From Flavobacteriales bacterium (lineage in GTDB: Bacteria; Bacteroidota; Bacteroidia; Flavobacteriales; TMED113): DNA of 64,000 nt. Shown here piece by piece: positions 63,401 through 64,000 of this stretch; position 1 is the first letter of the stretch, and each line of letters begins with the position of its first letter. The stretch spans positions 85,393 to 149,392 of the forward strand of contig PBCX01000003.1 of assembly GCA_002718035.1 (NCBI GenBank). Direction: 5' to 3'. Below the pieces are notes generated by a model. The model searched no databases, was not told where the DNA came from, and was given only the letters and a program-made list of their open reading frames with translations. The position numbers and the translations under genes are program-made.

Positions 63401-63570
63401 AAATTTCGATATCTGTTTTTGATGTAGTTGGTAATATGATTTCATCAAAAAATTATTTTGAAAAAAATATTTATGATAAAATAGACTTTTCAAATCTATC
63501 AAAAGGAATTTACAATGTTTCTATTAATTATAGTAAAGGGATAATTAATAAAAAAATAATAATTAAGTAA
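60439..63570 (+). CDS. T9SS-secreted multidomain protein with lysyl oxidase catalytic domain
   Basis: Signal peptide; LOX motifs CAIDEGCL, LVRFDTWIKNIG, WDECHNHWH, GFKNGFCVMD, GCGDIY, CQWIDIT; type A CTD (FYPNPT...LSKGIY...KKIIIK). Confidence 0.88.
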   Translation: MNQFLFFLFTSVILFSQNNDNISNSIELFCGDVITSTTSNFNSDEEYLESVGLGDCGTSVDSSAGVWYFFNSQSEENIEISMCESSYDTKIHVFRDDGFNLTCVDGNDDSDCDNYLHSKLNFSTEIGYNYYVYISGFNANEGDFTFTFICLGCADQEACNYDPNSTNNDGCIYSDDYVDCDGNCYNDENENGICDEFDIYGCSDELSPNFNSDATFDNGSCIYDMNCSADEIQIDILLSSDNYPWETSFILNDNQGEVWASENEFQELYTDYLFQYCLSAEGCYIFTVYDSYGDGIFDSGGLQVYYENELIMFDPEFSSEAFTTMNCPPGYDCNTAIEVSLGNYQTETNNYWYVFSPDQNGQYEINTCESDCNTVIYVYDYCSGLLATDSNDATIYYNDDECGLQSQVNPLLEGGSIYYLRLVADCDNIDWEISYIGPVQGCMDTDACNFNPIAEIDDASCLYPGDPDCTSGPDLAVLPFEDSMYLEVYENNDGCAIDEGCLNGYGTRYLVRFDTWIKNIGDQDYFIGSVEDNEETNQFEWDECHNHWHYKGYAEYVLFDSNGQLIPVGFKNGFCVMDLECSDGGTAQYGCSVMGISAGCGDIYGASLGCQWIDITTVPDGDYTMVVRTNWDQDPDALGNVELTYENNWMQSCIRVITLEDGSKSYVMATDIDNDGIDNINDPDIDGDGILNSEDDDVDGNGVLNEEDSNPYGLSECFSYTDCNGEIYGNAQLDCNGVCGGESTTGDLNMDGFIDVFDGQEYINQILNDDINATTCNDLDSDNEITVSDIGLLVNCINNESNFRDNQSEPCQYGMEITNPNNTVYFDISEVNWEESYFDISILNPDNEVLGYQFIVGNENIVINDVENLIPDYISEPDFSPIDRMIIGISLEDSLIQKNYDPIPLCRVYFELPLGYDTSVENLFCIEEIIDVVNQDYENVIFINNSEECDPFEQFDIVEYEGLNNLIFYPNPTNSLMFMNISFDKKQEISISVFDVVGNMISSKNYFEKNIYDKIDFSNLSKGIYNVSINYSKGIINKKIIIK
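62450..62562 (+). repeat. Thrombospondin type-3-like Asp-rich Ca-binding repeats (3 units) within the LOX protein
   Basis: DIDNDGIDNINDP / DIDGDGILNSEDD / DVDGNGVLNEED, 13-aa period. Confidence 0.7.
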
Positions 63571-64000
63571 TAGGTTTTTCTATTTTTTCTGATATGTATT
63601 TTCCACTAAATAATTTGTCTTTTACTTTAGTGAAGGCTTCAATAGTTTCATTTACATCATCTTCAGTATGAACAGCTGTTGGAATTAATCTTAACATTAT
63701 TTTCCCTTTTGGGATTACCGGATAAGTTACAATAGAACAAAATATTCCATGGTTTTCTCTAAGGTCAAATGTTAAATTTGTTGATTCTGTAACACCCCCT
63801 TCTAACCAAACTGGAGTTACACAGCTTTCAGTTTTTCCGAGATCAAATCCTTGACTTTTTAGTCCGGATTGTAATAATTTGGTTATGTGCCATAAATTAT
63901 TTTTGAGCTCTGGTTTATTTCGTATCATATCTAATCTTTTTAATGCTCCAACTACTATTGGCATAGGAAGGGATTTTGCAAATATTTGTGATCGCGTTGT
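63563..64000 (-). CDS. PLP-dependent alpha-oxoamine synthase family (AONS/serine palmitoyltransferase-like), C-terminal part
   Basis: Frame open to the window end: RSQIFAKSLPM...TPV...GIFCSIVTYPVIPKG..MLRLIPTAVHT. Confidence 0.85.
   Translation of the reverse strand, partial: TTRSQIFAKSLPMPIVVGALKRLDMIRNKPELKNNLWHITKLLQSGLKSQGFDLGKTESCVTPVWLEGGVTESTNLTFDLRENHGIFCSIVTYPVIPKGKIMLRLIPTAVHTEDDVNETIEAFTKVKDKLFSGKYISEKIEKPIT

Noticed and set aside
60439-63570. LOX gene as a recent horizontal acquisition
   Set aside because: Slightly higher G content is explained by Asp/Gly/Cys codons; third positions remain strongly A/T like the rest of the window, and no mobility genes flank it.
1-64000. CRISPR arrays, IS elements, rRNA, defence systems
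   Set aside because: No spaced direct repeats, transposase, nuclease or rRNA-like sequence seen; nearly all bases are accounted for by recognisable CDSs.

Overview
A very AT-rich (roughly one quarter GC by eye), densely packed chromosomal segment from a streamlined Bacteroidota (Flavobacteriales-like, probably marine) genome. Lineage evidence: TAnnTTTG promoter elements, no obvious Shine-Dalgarno motifs, a PorP/SprF gene, T9SS C-terminal domains and a fused CcsBA. It holds about 50 mostly housekeeping CDSs (purA partial, fur, rel, fahA, glyA, ychF, parE/parC, tsaD, tamB, ribBA, mutL, recR, hisS, hutH, rsmE, pckA and others), one tRNA-Met and one strong intrinsic terminator. I saw no mobile element, CRISPR array or rRNA. 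The standout is a 1043-aa T9SS-secreted protein (60439-63570) with an animal-like lysyl oxidase domain that retains the three Cu-binding His and the LTQ-forming Lys/Tyr. It is transcribed divergently from a small transporter, a lysine-6-dehydrogenase-like enzyme and dipeptidyl peptidase III, with a saccharopine dehydrogenase beside them, so it may be an allysine-centred system. Other oddities are a CcsBA with an apparently duplicated or reshuffled periplasmic module, a stand-alone 64-aa basic protein, a homopolymer frameshift at the start of an AI-2E gene, an M16 subunit with an extra N-terminal domain, and an LmtA-like methyltransferase. All family assignments come from motif recognition; no searches were run.
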